A stretch of DNA of 33,531 bases from a virus (Duplodnaviria > Caudoviricetes), in the IMG/VR virus record IMGVR_UViG_3300032254_000259, positions 1 to 33,531 of that record; one strand, 5' to 3'. Each line of letters begins with the position of its first letter. Position 1 is the first letter of the stretch. The position numbers and the translations under genes were made by a program. The notes beneath the pieces were generated by a model. That model did not search any database. It worked only from the letters and a program-made list of their open reading frames with translations, and was not told the origin of the DNA. Positions 17,865 through 26,851 of the stretch are shown piece by piece.

Positions 17865-19391
17865 ATGGAACAAGGATTTCCGACAAACCGAGCTGCCGGG
17901 TACACCGACCTTCTTGAGCGGTATGGCCTTTCCGCTATGCCCAACTGGCACCGGTCTTTGGTGAGTACAGGCAGTGTGCGCCGAACAGACTCGACTACGG
18001 GGGAGGTCGTGGACATCTACCCATCGCAGTACTGGCCAGGCGAAAGCCCAAGCGAGCACCTCGAGTTTGCACTGAAATATGATGGCACGAATCTTGGGTT
18101 GCTCGCAGTACTCCTACCAGCGATCGGTGCTGATGAGATCGTTCGGTTTGTCCGTTCGAAGCCGACCGGGAAGTATGCACGCCGGATTTGGTACTTCTAT
18201 GAGATGCTGACCGGTGAGCTGTTGCCGTTGGCAGACATGACGCAAGGAAACTATGTTGACCTGCTAGATTCAGAGCAGTACTTTACGACCAGCACGCCTC
18301 AGCAGATTCGAAGGCAGAAGATCAACAACAACTTGCTGGGCACCGCCGAGTTCTGCCCGACGATTCGACGGACAGAAACCCTTCAGGGCTTTGAAGAGGC
18401 GGATCTCTCTGAGCGGTGCAAAGCGGTGGTTTCGGACTATCCGCCCGAACTACTCAAGCGGGCATTGAGCTACCTCTACACGAAGGAAACAAAGTCCTCA
18501 TTTGAGATCGAGCACATCACGCCAAACTCGACTCGAACGGAACGATTCATCGCAATGCTCCAGCTCGCGGAAAAAGATGATTTCTGTGAGAAAGCACGCC
18601 TGATCGATTTGCAGAACAGGGTCGTCGATCCACGATTCATGGATACGGATTATCGCACGGTGCAGAACTATGTCGGGGAGAGTGTGGCGTGGCAGCGGGA
18701 GAAGATCCATTACGCATGTCCAAAGCCTGAAGATTTGGCATCGCTCATGGGTGGGCTGATCGCAGCACATACGAAGATGGGTGGGGGTGAGGTTCCGCCG
18801 GTGATTCATGCGGCTGCGATTGCCTACGGCTTTGTTTTCCTCCATCCGTTCGAGGATGGCAATGGGCGTATCCATCGCTTCCTGATCCACAACATACTTG
18901 CCTGCCGTGGCTTTACGCCCGAAGGTATTATGTTTCCGATTTCTGCTTCAATGCTCAAGCATGCGGGCGATTACGACGCATCATTGGAGGCGTTCTCGCG
19001 TCCACTGATGCCCTTAATCGAGTATTCGCTTGCTGATGATGGCCGCATGACTATTGAGAATGACACTGCGAAGTGGTATGCGTACATCGATTTGACCCCG
19101 CAAACCGAAGCATTGTTCAGGTTTATTGAACACACCATCAACACGGAGCTTGTTGAAGAACTCTCGTTCCTCGCCAAATACGACCAGACCAAGCGGGCTA
19201 TCCAAGACATTGTCGATATGCCGGATCGAAAGATCGATCAGTTTATCCGATTCTGCCTTCAGAACAGCGGCACGCTGTCTCGGCGCAAACGGGAGTCGCA
19301 CTTTGAGTTGCTCACTGATGGCGAGATCGAACGCCTCGAACAGGCAGTGGCCGAAGGGTATCGATTGGGGGAAACCGGCTCTTCGGAGTAG
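17865..19391 (+). CDS. Fic family protein (moron-like insertion)
   Basis: Canonical HPFEDGNGRIHR; AGGAG before ATG 17865; own AT-richer upstream region. Confidence 0.93.
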   Translation: MEQGFPTNRAAGYTDLLERYGLSAMPNWHRSLVSTGSVRRTDSTTGEVVDIYPSQYWPGESPSEHLEFALKYDGTNLGLLAVLLPAIGADEIVRFVRSKPTGKYARRIWYFYEMLTGELLPLADMTQGNYVDLLDSEQYFTTSTPQQIRRQKINNNLLGTAEFCPTIRRTETLQGFEEADLSERCKAVVSDYPPELLKRALSYLYTKETKSSFEIEHITPNSTRTERFIAMLQLAEKDDFCEKARLIDLQNRVVDPRFMDTDYRTVQNYVGESVAWQREKIHYACPKPEDLASLMGGLIAAHTKMGGGEVPPVIHAAAIAYGFVFLHPFEDGNGRIHRFLIHNILACRGFTPEGIMFPISASMLKHAGDYDASLEAFSRPLMPLIEYSLADDGRMTIENDTAKWYAYIDLTPQTEALFRFIEHTINTELVEELSFLAKYDQTKRAIQDIVDMPDRKIDQFIRFCLQNSGTLSRRKRESHFELLTDGEIERLEQAVAEGYRLGETGSSE

Positions 19392-19415
19392 AGGGTGTTT
19401 TGCATCCCTAGGCAT

Positions 19416-19447
19416 CCGCCACTTTGATGCGTGATCGCGTAGATGAC
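19416..19447 (+). promoter_or_regulatory. Bipartite promoter-like motif, copy 3, candidate late promoter
   Basis: CCGCCACTT-N12-GCGTAGATGAC upstream of the head operon. Confidence 0.75.
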
Positions 19448-19481
19448 TCGTAGACACGGCCGGTGTCGTGTGGGAGTCATC

Positions 19482-19694
19482 ATGCCAGAGGCATCGAGCA
19501 ATCTTGAACAGGCGATTCGTGACAACGCTGCTGGCCCCAAGCGGGCGCAGGGTGATGCGGGGAGTGTTGAACAGCACTCGCTCAAGGATGTGGTCGAGGC
19601 CGATCGGTATATCTCAAGCAAAGAAGTCGCCTCGAACCCGGTGAAGGCCGTCCGGTTCACTCGGCTGGTGCCTCCCGGCGCGGGGGGCTGCTGA
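19482..19694 (+). CDS. Putative gpW-like head completion protein
   Basis: 70 aa, directly before a lambda-type portal, TGATG overlap; GGGAG RBS. Confidence 0.65.
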   Translation: MPEASSNLEQAIRDNAAGPKRAQGDAGSVEQHSLKDVVEADRYISSKEVASNPVKAVRFTRLVPPGAGGC

Positions 19695-21160
19695 TGCGTT
19701 GGGTATTTGGCAACAAAGCGACGAAGCAATCGGCGGGCTCACCAACGCCCACGGTCAAGGGTGGAGTCATTCGTCGGATGATTCGGGCCGGGTTTGATTC
19801 AGCCGCGACCAACGATGGCAATCGCCGTCACTGGATGCACGCCGATGGGCTCAGCGCCGACGCTGCCGCCTCGCCCGAAGTGCGTCGTATCTTGCGGAAC
19901 CGTGCCCGCTACGAAACCGCCAACAACGCCTATGCCAAGGGCATCGTGCTCACGCTCGCCAACGATGTGGTCGGCACCGGTCCCCGTCTGCAAATGCTCA
20001 CCGATGACGAGATCGGCAACGCCCGGCTCGAACAGGCCTTCGCCGCATGGAGCAAGGAGATTGGGCTGCCCGAGAAGCTCCGCACCATGCGGATGGCCCG
20101 CGCGACCGATGGCGAGATGTTCGTCGTCCTCACCAGCAATCCGAATCTTCGATCCCCGATCAAACTCGACCTTCGGCTGATCGAAGCGGATCAGGTGACG
20201 ACACCCGATCTGTCGATCCTTGAAGATGGCGCGGTCGATGGGATCGTGTTCGATTCATTTGGCAACCCGGTCGAGTATCACATGCTCAAGGGGCATCCGG
20301 GCGATGCTCGTACCGGGTTCCTTGGGCTCGAATACGACCGTGTGCCCGCTGAGTCTGTTATTCACTACTTCCGGGCTGACCGAGCAGGCCAGAGCCGGGG
20401 GATTCCGGATATCACGCCTGCGTTGCCACTGTTTGCACAGCTGCGTCGATTCACGCTGGCCGTGCTCGGTGCAGCCGAAACGGCGGCGGACTTTGCGGGC
20501 ATCCTCTACACCGACACACCCGCCAACGGCGAGGCGGACGCCGTCGAGCCGATGGATGCGATCGAACTCGAAGCTCGTTCGTTGCTCACAATGCCGGGCG
20601 GCTGGAAGATGTCTCAGCTTCATGCTGAACAACCCGCAACCACTTACGCGGAGTTCAAACGCGAGATTTTGACCGAGATCGCACGCTGCCTGAACATGCC
20701 CTTCAACATCGCCGCGGGCAACAGCAGCGGGTACAACTACGCATCGGGCCGCCTAGACCACCAGACTTACTTCAAGAGCATCCGTGTCGAGCAAGATCAC
20801 TTTGCATGTTCCGTGCTCGATCGCATTCTCTCAGCGTGGCTCGATGAGGCTGTACTCGTTTCTGACCTGATGCCATTGAGGATGCGCACGAATATCGCAT
20901 CCGGTGGCGTGGTCGCACACCAGTGGTTCTGGGACGGGACTGAGCATGTCGATCCCGCCAAGGAAGCCAATGCGCAGGCGACCCGGTTGTCCTCACACAC
21001 CACGACGCTGGCCAACGAATACGCCCGGCAGGGACGCGACTGGGAAACCGAGCTCCGCCAACGGGCCAAGGAGATCGCGTTGATGCAGGAACTCGGGCTC
21101 AGCGAGGCCCAGGCGTCGCCGCTCACGCCCACCACCAAGGAGACCGCTCATGCCGCATGA
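19694..21160 (+). CDS. Portal protein, lambda family
   Basis: LRNRARYE..NN.YA, DGEMF, RLIEADQ, RAGQSRGIP, YNYASGR, VDPAKEA. Confidence 0.94.
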   Translation: MRWVFGNKATKQSAGSPTPTVKGGVIRRMIRAGFDSAATNDGNRRHWMHADGLSADAAASPEVRRILRNRARYETANNAYAKGIVLTLANDVVGTGPRLQMLTDDEIGNARLEQAFAAWSKEIGLPEKLRTMRMARATDGEMFVVLTSNPNLRSPIKLDLRLIEADQVTTPDLSILEDGAVDGIVFDSFGNPVEYHMLKGHPGDARTGFLGLEYDRVPAESVIHYFRADRAGQSRGIPDITPALPLFAQLRRFTLAVLGAAETAADFAGILYTDTPANGEADAVEPMDAIELEARSLLTMPGGWKMSQLHAEQPATTYAEFKREILTEIARCLNMPFNIAAGNSSGYNYASGRLDHQTYFKSIRVEQDHFACSVLDRILSAWLDEAVLVSDLMPLRMRTNIASGGVVAHQWFWDGTEHVDPAKEANAQATRLSSHTTTLANEYARQGRDWETELRQRAKEIALMQELGLSEAQASPLTPTTKETAHAA

Positions 21161-23252
21161 TCGCCAACTGATTCTGTCTGCACCCGTCGAGAACTGGATC
21201 GAGTCGTCTGCATCCGGTGATGACAACACACCAGCACTGCGTCGATTCTCGATGATCGCCTACACCGGCGGGCCAATGACGCTCAACGGCTGGTCGCACC
21301 CGGTCGTCGTGGATATGGCCGGGATGGAGATCGCGGGCGGGAGCATCAAGAGCCGACCGATCCTCAAGGATCACAACCGATCGCTGATCGTGGGACACAC
21401 CGAATCGATCCGAATCGAGGGCAACCAGCTGCTTGTTGCGGGTGTGATCTCGGGTGCCGGGGCGGTCGCACAAGAGATCGTCGAGAGCAGCCGAAACGGA
21501 TTCCCCTGGCAGGCATCGCTTGGTGCAGTGTCCGGACAGATGGAGTTCGTGCCCATGGGCAAGAAAGCAATGGCTAACGGACGAGAGTTCGCCGGGCCGG
21601 TTCATATCGCACGCAAATCAATGCTCGGCGAAGTCAGTTTCGTTGCACTCGGCGCGGATGACAACACCAGTGCCAGCGTCGCGGCTTCACGCACAAATCA
21701 ATCACACATCGTCAAGGAGGACGACATGAAATTCACTCAATGGCTCGAGGCAAAGGGATTCGATACCGAGACGCTCACAGAAACACAGACAACCAATCTT
21801 CAGGCCATGTTCGATTCTGAGCAGACCCAGCCGTCGGGCAAGGATGCCAAAGACGCTGATGCCCACGCGGGTGATGACACGGATGTCATCGCCCGCATCC
21901 GGGCCGAGACAGCTGCCGAGACCACCCGCATCGCGGCGGTCCGACGCATCTGCGCGGGCAAGCATGACGAAATCGAAGCGAGTGCCATCGCCGAGGGGTG
22001 GGATACCAACCAAACCGAACTCGAAGTCCTCCGTGCCCAGCGACCAACCCTGACTCGTGGCGGCGTTCGCAAAGATGCGGATCAAGCCCAGTCTGGGCGA
22101 GCCCTCGAAGCGGCCATGTGCCTGTCTGCTGGGGTGTCCGAATCCCAGGTCGGCAAGTGGTACGACGAGAAGACCATGAACGCAGCGGTCGCCCGCGATC
22201 TGCAAGGGGCCGGGCTCCACACGCTGATTTACGAAACCATCCATGCTTCCGGGGACTATGTCCGGCCGGGACGCATCGACAACGAGACGATCCGAGCGGC
22301 CTTCGCGGCCAACGGTCGATTGATCCAGGCGGCAGGTGGGAGTGGTGGCAGCGGATTCAGCACAGTTTCGCTCTCAGGTATCCTGTCCAATGTCGCCAAC
22401 AAGACCATGCTGGCAGCCTACAACGCCGTCGAAAGTGTGGTGTCCCAGTTCAGCGCCGAGACGGATGTGAACGACTTCAAGGAAGTGACCCGCTACCGGC
22501 TCACCGGCAACGGCGTCTTTGAAAAGGTCGGCCCAGACGGCGAACTCAAGCACGCGGGATTGAGCGAGCAGGCATTCAAGAACAAGGTCGAAACCTTCGG
22601 GCGGATGATCTCGCTCACTCGGCAGATGATGATCAACGACGATCTGGGTGCATTCTTGCAGATTCCTCGTTTGATCGGGCGGATGTCCGCGCTCAAACGC
22701 GAAGAAGCCGTCTTCGAGCTGCTCCTCTCCAACCCGTCGAACTTCTTCGACGCGGCCAACAAGAACTTCCTCGTCGGCGCGGACACCGCGTTGTCGATTG
22801 ACGCGCTGACCAAAGCCGAGCAGGTTTTTCTTGACCAGACCGATTCGGAAGGCAAGCCCGTCTTGCTCTCGCCATCGGTGTTGCTGGTGCCGTCGTCGCT
22901 CAAGGTCTCGGCTCAGGTGCTGATGACCGAGACGCGGGTCAACGAGGTCACCGACACCAACAAGCCCAAGCCCGCGGTCAACCCGCACGCGGGCAAGTGG
23001 AATCCGGTCGCCTCGCCGTACCTCAATGCCCAGGGCATCACCGGCGGCAGCGCCAAGGCGTGGTATCTGCTGGCCAACCCGGCGGATGTCGCGGCCATCG
23101 AGATCGCGTATCTGCGCGGCAAGCGCACGCCCACGATCGAATCCGGCGAGACCGATTTCAACACGCTGGGCATGCAGTGGCGTGGCTACTTCGACTTCGG
23201 CGTGGCCATGCAAGATCACCGCGCAGCCGTCAAGAGCAAGGGCGAGGCGTAA
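21150..23252 (+). CDS. Fused prohead protease - scaffold - major capsid protein
   Basis: N-terminal AYTGG, PILKDH, PWQASLG, EVSFVALGAD; linker; capsid DFKEV, ETFGRMISLTRQMMINDDLGAF, RGYFDFG. Confidence 0.88.
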   Translation: MPHDRQLILSAPVENWIESSASGDDNTPALRRFSMIAYTGGPMTLNGWSHPVVVDMAGMEIAGGSIKSRPILKDHNRSLIVGHTESIRIEGNQLLVAGVISGAGAVAQEIVESSRNGFPWQASLGAVSGQMEFVPMGKKAMANGREFAGPVHIARKSMLGEVSFVALGADDNTSASVAASRTNQSHIVKEDDMKFTQWLEAKGFDTETLTETQTTNLQAMFDSEQTQPSGKDAKDADAHAGDDTDVIARIRAETAAETTRIAAVRRICAGKHDEIEASAIAEGWDTNQTELEVLRAQRPTLTRGGVRKDADQAQSGRALEAAMCLSAGVSESQVGKWYDEKTMNAAVARDLQGAGLHTLIYETIHASGDYVRPGRIDNETIRAAFAANGRLIQAAGGSGGSGFSTVSLSGILSNVANKTMLAAYNAVESVVSQFSAETDVNDFKEVTRYRLTGNGVFEKVGPDGELKHAGLSEQAFKNKVETFGRMISLTRQMMINDDLGAFLQIPRLIGRMSALKREEAVFELLLSNPSNFFDAANKNFLVGADTALSIDALTKAEQVFLDQTDSEGKPVLLSPSVLLVPSSLKVSAQVLMTETRVNEVTDTNKPKPAVNPHAGKWNPVASPYLNAQGITGGSAKAWYLLANPADVAAIEIAYLRGKRTPTIESGETDFNTLGMQWRGYFDFGVAMQDHRAAVKSKGEA

Positions 23253-23344
23253 GCCATGAACCCAAGCAGGAATGACCAATGTCCCAGTTTCCCAAAGACA
23301 ACCAGATCGATAGCCACCAGCTCATCGATGAGGAGAACACAGCA

Positions 23345-23683
23345 ATGACAGCAACATACATCCATGAAGTCAACTCGATCGATTACACCCCGGCGGCGGA
23401 TGTCGCGGCGGGCCAAGTCGTCGTCCAAGGCGAACTCGTCGGGGTCGCCAAGATCGACATCAAAGCGAACGCGCTGGGCGCATTGGCCGTCACCGGGGTC
23501 TTCGACTTCCCTAAAGCGACCGGTGCGAGCACCGCAATCGCCGAGGGCCTCGATGTGTACTGGGACGACGCAGCGAACGAAGCGACAGCGGACAGCGCGA
23601 CCGGTGCGAACAAACGCATCGGGCGAACCATCGCGGCGGCTGGCGATAACGACGCTGTTGTCCGCGTTCGGATGAGCCAATAG
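23345..23683 (+). CDS. DUF2190-like head decoration protein
   Basis: IDYTPAADVAAGQVVVQGELVGVA...GVFDFPKA...VYWD; GAGGAG RBS; follows capsid. Confidence 0.85.
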   Translation: MTATYIHEVNSIDYTPAADVAAGQVVVQGELVGVAKIDIKANALGALAVTGVFDFPKATGASTAIAEGLDVYWDDAANEATADSATGANKRIGRTIAAAGDNDAVVRVRMSQ

Positions 23684-23695
23684 GAAGAGATCGTT

Positions 23696-24082
23696 ATGGC
23701 GGACATGCTCGAACAAGGCGCAAGCTGGCTCAACGACCAGCGACACCAGCACATGACACGGTCTGTGTCGTATGTGCGTGGGGCGAGCACGGTTGAGGTG
23801 CAGGCCACGATCGGGCGGACCGTCTTCGAGCAGGCGGACGATTTCGGCATCGTCACCAAAACCGAGAGCCGGGACTATCTGATCCGCGCGGCTGACCTCG
23901 TGCTCGACGGACAGGTGACGCTGCCCAAACGGGGTGATCAGATCCGCGAGTCCGATGGTACGACTACCTTCGTCTACGAGGTGCTCTCCCCCGGCGACGA
24001 ACCCGTCTTCCGTTACAGCGACCCGTACCGCAAAGCACTCCGCATCCACACCAAACACATCGCCACGGAGCCGCAGCCATGA
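23696..24082 (+). CDS. Putative head-tail joining protein
   Basis: Synteny; beta-rich sequence with PKRGDQI motif. Confidence 0.65.
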   Translation: MADMLEQGASWLNDQRHQHMTRSVSYVRGASTVEVQATIGRTVFEQADDFGIVTKTESRDYLIRAADLVLDGQVTLPKRGDQIRESDGTTTFVYEVLSPGDEPVFRYSDPYRKALRIHTKHIATEPQP

Positions 24083-24345
24083 GCCAGATCAGCACACAAC
24101 ACCAATCAAATAATGGACGGGTTCGCTGGGCCGGGATCGGTTTGACCGCCTTGATCGGCGTCCTCGCACTCACCGTTCAATGGGGCGTGGTGACCACTAA
24201 GCTCGATCAGGTCGTTCGTCAGCTTGACGGCCTCACCATTGAAATCCGCAGTATGCGTGGCGATCTGATTTCGATCGAACGCAGGGTGTCGTATCTCGAA
24301 GGCCGATTCAACGGTCGCCCTCATGTTGCCGGAGGTGAGCCATGA
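24079..24345 (+). CDS. Small membrane protein with coiled coil (possible lysis protein)
   Basis: TM segment WAGIGLTALIGVLALTVQWGVV followed by heptad pattern; ATGA overlaps on both sides. Confidence 0.65.
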   Translation: MSQISTQHQSNNGRVRWAGIGLTALIGVLALTVQWGVVTTKLDQVVRQLDGLTIEIRSMRGDLISIERRVSYLEGRFNGRPHVAGGEP

Positions 24346-24770
24346 GCACACTCCTCGCCATCGCCGACGCCGTTGTCGAATCACTCAATGCGGCAAGTTT
24401 GAGCCAGACACTCACATCCGAGCGGCACTACCAGCCCGTGTTTGATCTACCCGAGATGTCAGACCTTCATGTATCCGTTGTGCCCAAAGGCATCGAGGTC
24501 CTGGCTTCGAGCCGGAACCAGAACCAGCACGACTACGCAATCGACATCGGTGTGCAACAGAAGGTAGCTGACGACACTGAGGCGGACGGTCTCATGACGC
24601 TGGCCGAGGAGATCGCCGATCACTTCCGGCTCAGCCGCGTGCAGATCACGGGCATTGGCAGCATCCCGGTGCTCAAGGTAGCCACCGAACCAATATTCGC
24701 ACCCGAACACCTGACCGAAAAGCGTGTATTCACCAGCATCATCACACTGACATTCCGGGTGCTGCGATGA
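24342..24770 (+). CDS. Putative tail terminator/completion protein
   Basis: Synteny, size, C-terminal beta strand FTSIITLTFR. Confidence 0.6.
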   Translation: MSTLLAIADAVVESLNAASLSQTLTSERHYQPVFDLPEMSDLHVSVVPKGIEVLASSRNQNQHDYAIDIGVQQKVADDTEADGLMTLAEEIADHFRLSRVQITGIGSIPVLKVATEPIFAPEHLTEKRVFTSIITLTFRVLR

Positions 24771-25168
24771 GTGCTGCCATTGGATTCCAAGTCAAGACCC
24801 GCTCGGATATCCCCAAAGTGCTCCGCAAGGCACGCCGGGCGAATATTGAGAACCTCGGGCACGCTGGCGCGTCGATTCGGCTTACGGCCAAACGCAGTAT
24901 CCGCAAGAGTGCCAATCCCGCCGAACCGGGCAAGCCTCCCAAGACCCGGCGCGGGCAACTGCGAAGTTCAATCCGGTTTGCAGTCGAGAAGAATCGGCAA
25001 CGCGTTGTCGTCGGGCCGGACTATCGCATCGTCGGCCAGTCAGGACGGGCTCACGAGTTTGGCGGCCGCTACCGCAAACAGCGATACCCAAATCGGCCGT
25101 TCATGGGACCGGCACTCACCAAGACCAAAGATCGACTGCCCAAGCACTGGGCCGGTTCGATCAGATAG
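24767..25168 (+). CDS. HK97 gp10-like neck/tail completion protein
   Basis: Basic; RGQLRSSI, AHEFGG, RPFMGPAL motifs. Confidence 0.72.
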   Translation: MSAAIGFQVKTRSDIPKVLRKARRANIENLGHAGASIRLTAKRSIRKSANPAEPGKPPKTRRGQLRSSIRFAVEKNRQRVVVGPDYRIVGQSGRAHEFGGRYRKQRYPNRPFMGPALTKTKDRLPKHWAGSIR

Positions 25169-25177
25169 GAGATCATC

Positions 25178-25600
25178 ATGGCCATCAAACTCGGCATGGA
25201 CGCCGTGCTCAACTTCAAATCCGGAGGCGTTGGCGGAGCCGGTGCATGGACCGAACTCGCCAATGTCAAGGATGTGACGCTCTCGCTCGAAACCGGCGAG
25301 GCCGACATCACCACTCGCGCCAACGCGGGCTGGCGGGCAACCGTCGGCACGCTCAAAGAAGCGAGCGTCGAGTTCGAGATGGTGTGGGACACCGCCGACG
25401 CGGGGTTCACGGCCATCAAGGACGCATTCTTCAACAACGCCGTGATCGGTTTGCAAGTCCTCGACGGCCCTGCAGGCGAAGGGCTCGAGGCTGATTTCTC
25501 GATCACAAACTTCAGCCGAAGCGAACAGCTCGAAGAAGCACTCACGGTGTCGATCACCGCCAAGGTCACCTACGACGGCACCGCGCCGGCATGGATCTAA
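25178..25600 (+). CDS. Tail tube (major tail) protein
   Basis: WTELANVKDVTLSLETGEADITTR...GW...TLKEASVEFEMVWD; AGGAG RBS. Confidence 0.85.
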   Translation: MAIKLGMDAVLNFKSGGVGGAGAWTELANVKDVTLSLETGEADITTRANAGWRATVGTLKEASVEFEMVWDTADAGFTAIKDAFFNNAVIGLQVLDGPAGEGLEADFSITNFSRSEQLEEALTVSITAKVTYDGTAPAWI

Positions 25601-25623
25601 ACCGAATCTGATAGGAGTATTGA

Positions 25624-26112
25624 ATGAAGACTTTCCAAGACAACGCCGGACGCACCTGGACCGTGAGCATCACCGTTGATGCCATCAAACGCGTCCGCGG
25701 CTTGCTCGATGTCGATCTCCTCGAAGTCGTCGGCGGCAAGCTCATCGACCAACTCATCACCGACCCGGTGCTGCTTTGCGATATCGTCTACGCCGTGTGC
25801 AAACCCGAAGCCGATGCCCAAGGCATCAGCGATGAAGACTTCGGCCGAGCGATGGCGGGCGATGCGATCGAACACGCCACGACAGCTTTGCTCGAAGAAC
25901 TCGTGTCTTTTTCCCCGAGCCCGAGGGACCGGGCGAATCTGAAACGAGTCCTAGACACGACCCAGCGGGTGATGGACAAGGCGAGGGATCTGATCGAGCA
26001 GAAGATCGAGAGCGGCGAACTGGATCGGATCGCGGAGGAAGCCCTGCACGATCATGCTGGCAGTTCATCTGGCAACTCGCCGGTGTCGTCGGCGTCGATC
26101 CCGCCGCCCTGA
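25624..26112 (+). CDS. Tail assembly chaperone (gpG-like)
   Basis: Between tail tube and tape measure; AGGAG RBS. Confidence 0.75.
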   Translation: MKTFQDNAGRTWTVSITVDAIKRVRGLLDVDLLEVVGGKLIDQLITDPVLLCDIVYAVCKPEADAQGISDEDFGRAMAGDAIEHATTALLEELVSFSPSPRDRANLKRVLDTTQRVMDKARDLIEQKIESGELDRIAEEALHDHAGSSSGNSPVSSASIPPP

Positions 26113-26417
26113 CCCTGCGTGAACTGGTCATGATGGCTGAGACCAAGCAGCGCGACGAATGGGCTCGCACCAGCTCGCTCATGGCTCTGTTCGCCAACGC
26201 CAACCGCGACGCGAAGAAGCATCGGGCGTTCCGGCCGACCGACTTCGACCCATTCAGTCAGACGCAAGCACCAAAGCAGAAGGTCGATGTGAGCATCCTC
26301 AAGGACATCTTCATCGACGGCAAACATTCATACCCACCAACCCCCCAAAACACCACGCGCAAGGAGGCGCACCCATGCAACACCGACACTACGCCTACGG
26401 CTTCGCACTCATCATGA
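26058..26417 (+). CDS. Tail assembly chaperone gpT-like segment in the -1 frame (start uncertain)
   Basis: Frame open from 25836; reads WQFIWQLAGVVGVDPAALTLRELVMMAE...FRPTDFDPF, extending upstream of the first ATG at 26130. Confidence 0.6.
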   Translation, partial: WQFIWQLAGVVGVDPAALTLRELVMMAETKQRDEWARTSSLMALFANANRDAKKHRAFRPTDFDPFSQTQAPKQKVDVSILKDIFIDGKHSYPPTPQNTTRKEAHPCNTDTTPTASHSS

Positions 26418-26839
26418 TCACCCTCTCGCTCGGAGCATGCTCCGGGTTTGATCTCGGCGACATCGTCCGCGTCAAGACGCCCAACCGCGTGCAGCAATCA
26501 ACCGGGCTCTCCGCGACGACCTCGCTCAACGAAGCCGAGGCCGAGTATCGGGCGTGGTTCGAGGAAACGCAGCGCACCGGATCGCAGTGGAAGTCCAACA
26601 TCGAACGGGCCAGTGAGATTCGTGGCATCTTCAGCCAACTGACACTCTCGGCCCTCGATCAACTCGGCCCAACCGTCGCAGGCATCCCCATGCTGGGGCC
26701 CGCACTCCCCGCCATGACCGGGCTCGTCGGACTCTTCCTCGGCACCGGACGGCTTCGCAAGGAAAAGGAATCGTCGTTCAACAAGGGGATGAAGGAAGGG
26801 CGGATCGCTCCACCTACTCCAGGCACCATCAACACCTGA
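26375..26839 (+). CDS. Lipoprotein with C-terminal hydrophobic segment (spanin-like architecture)
   Basis: AAGGAGG RBS; signal peptide ending LGA-C; hydrophobic stretch then RLRKEK. Confidence 0.7.
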   Translation: MQHRHYAYGFALIMITLSLGACSGFDLGDIVRVKTPNRVQQSTGLSATTSLNEAEAEYRAWFEETQRTGSQWKSNIERASEIRGIFSQLTLSALDQLGPTVAGIPMLGPALPAMTGLVGLFLGTGRLRKEKESSFNKGMKEGRIAPPTPGTINT

Positions 26840-26851
26840 TCGGAGCAACGC

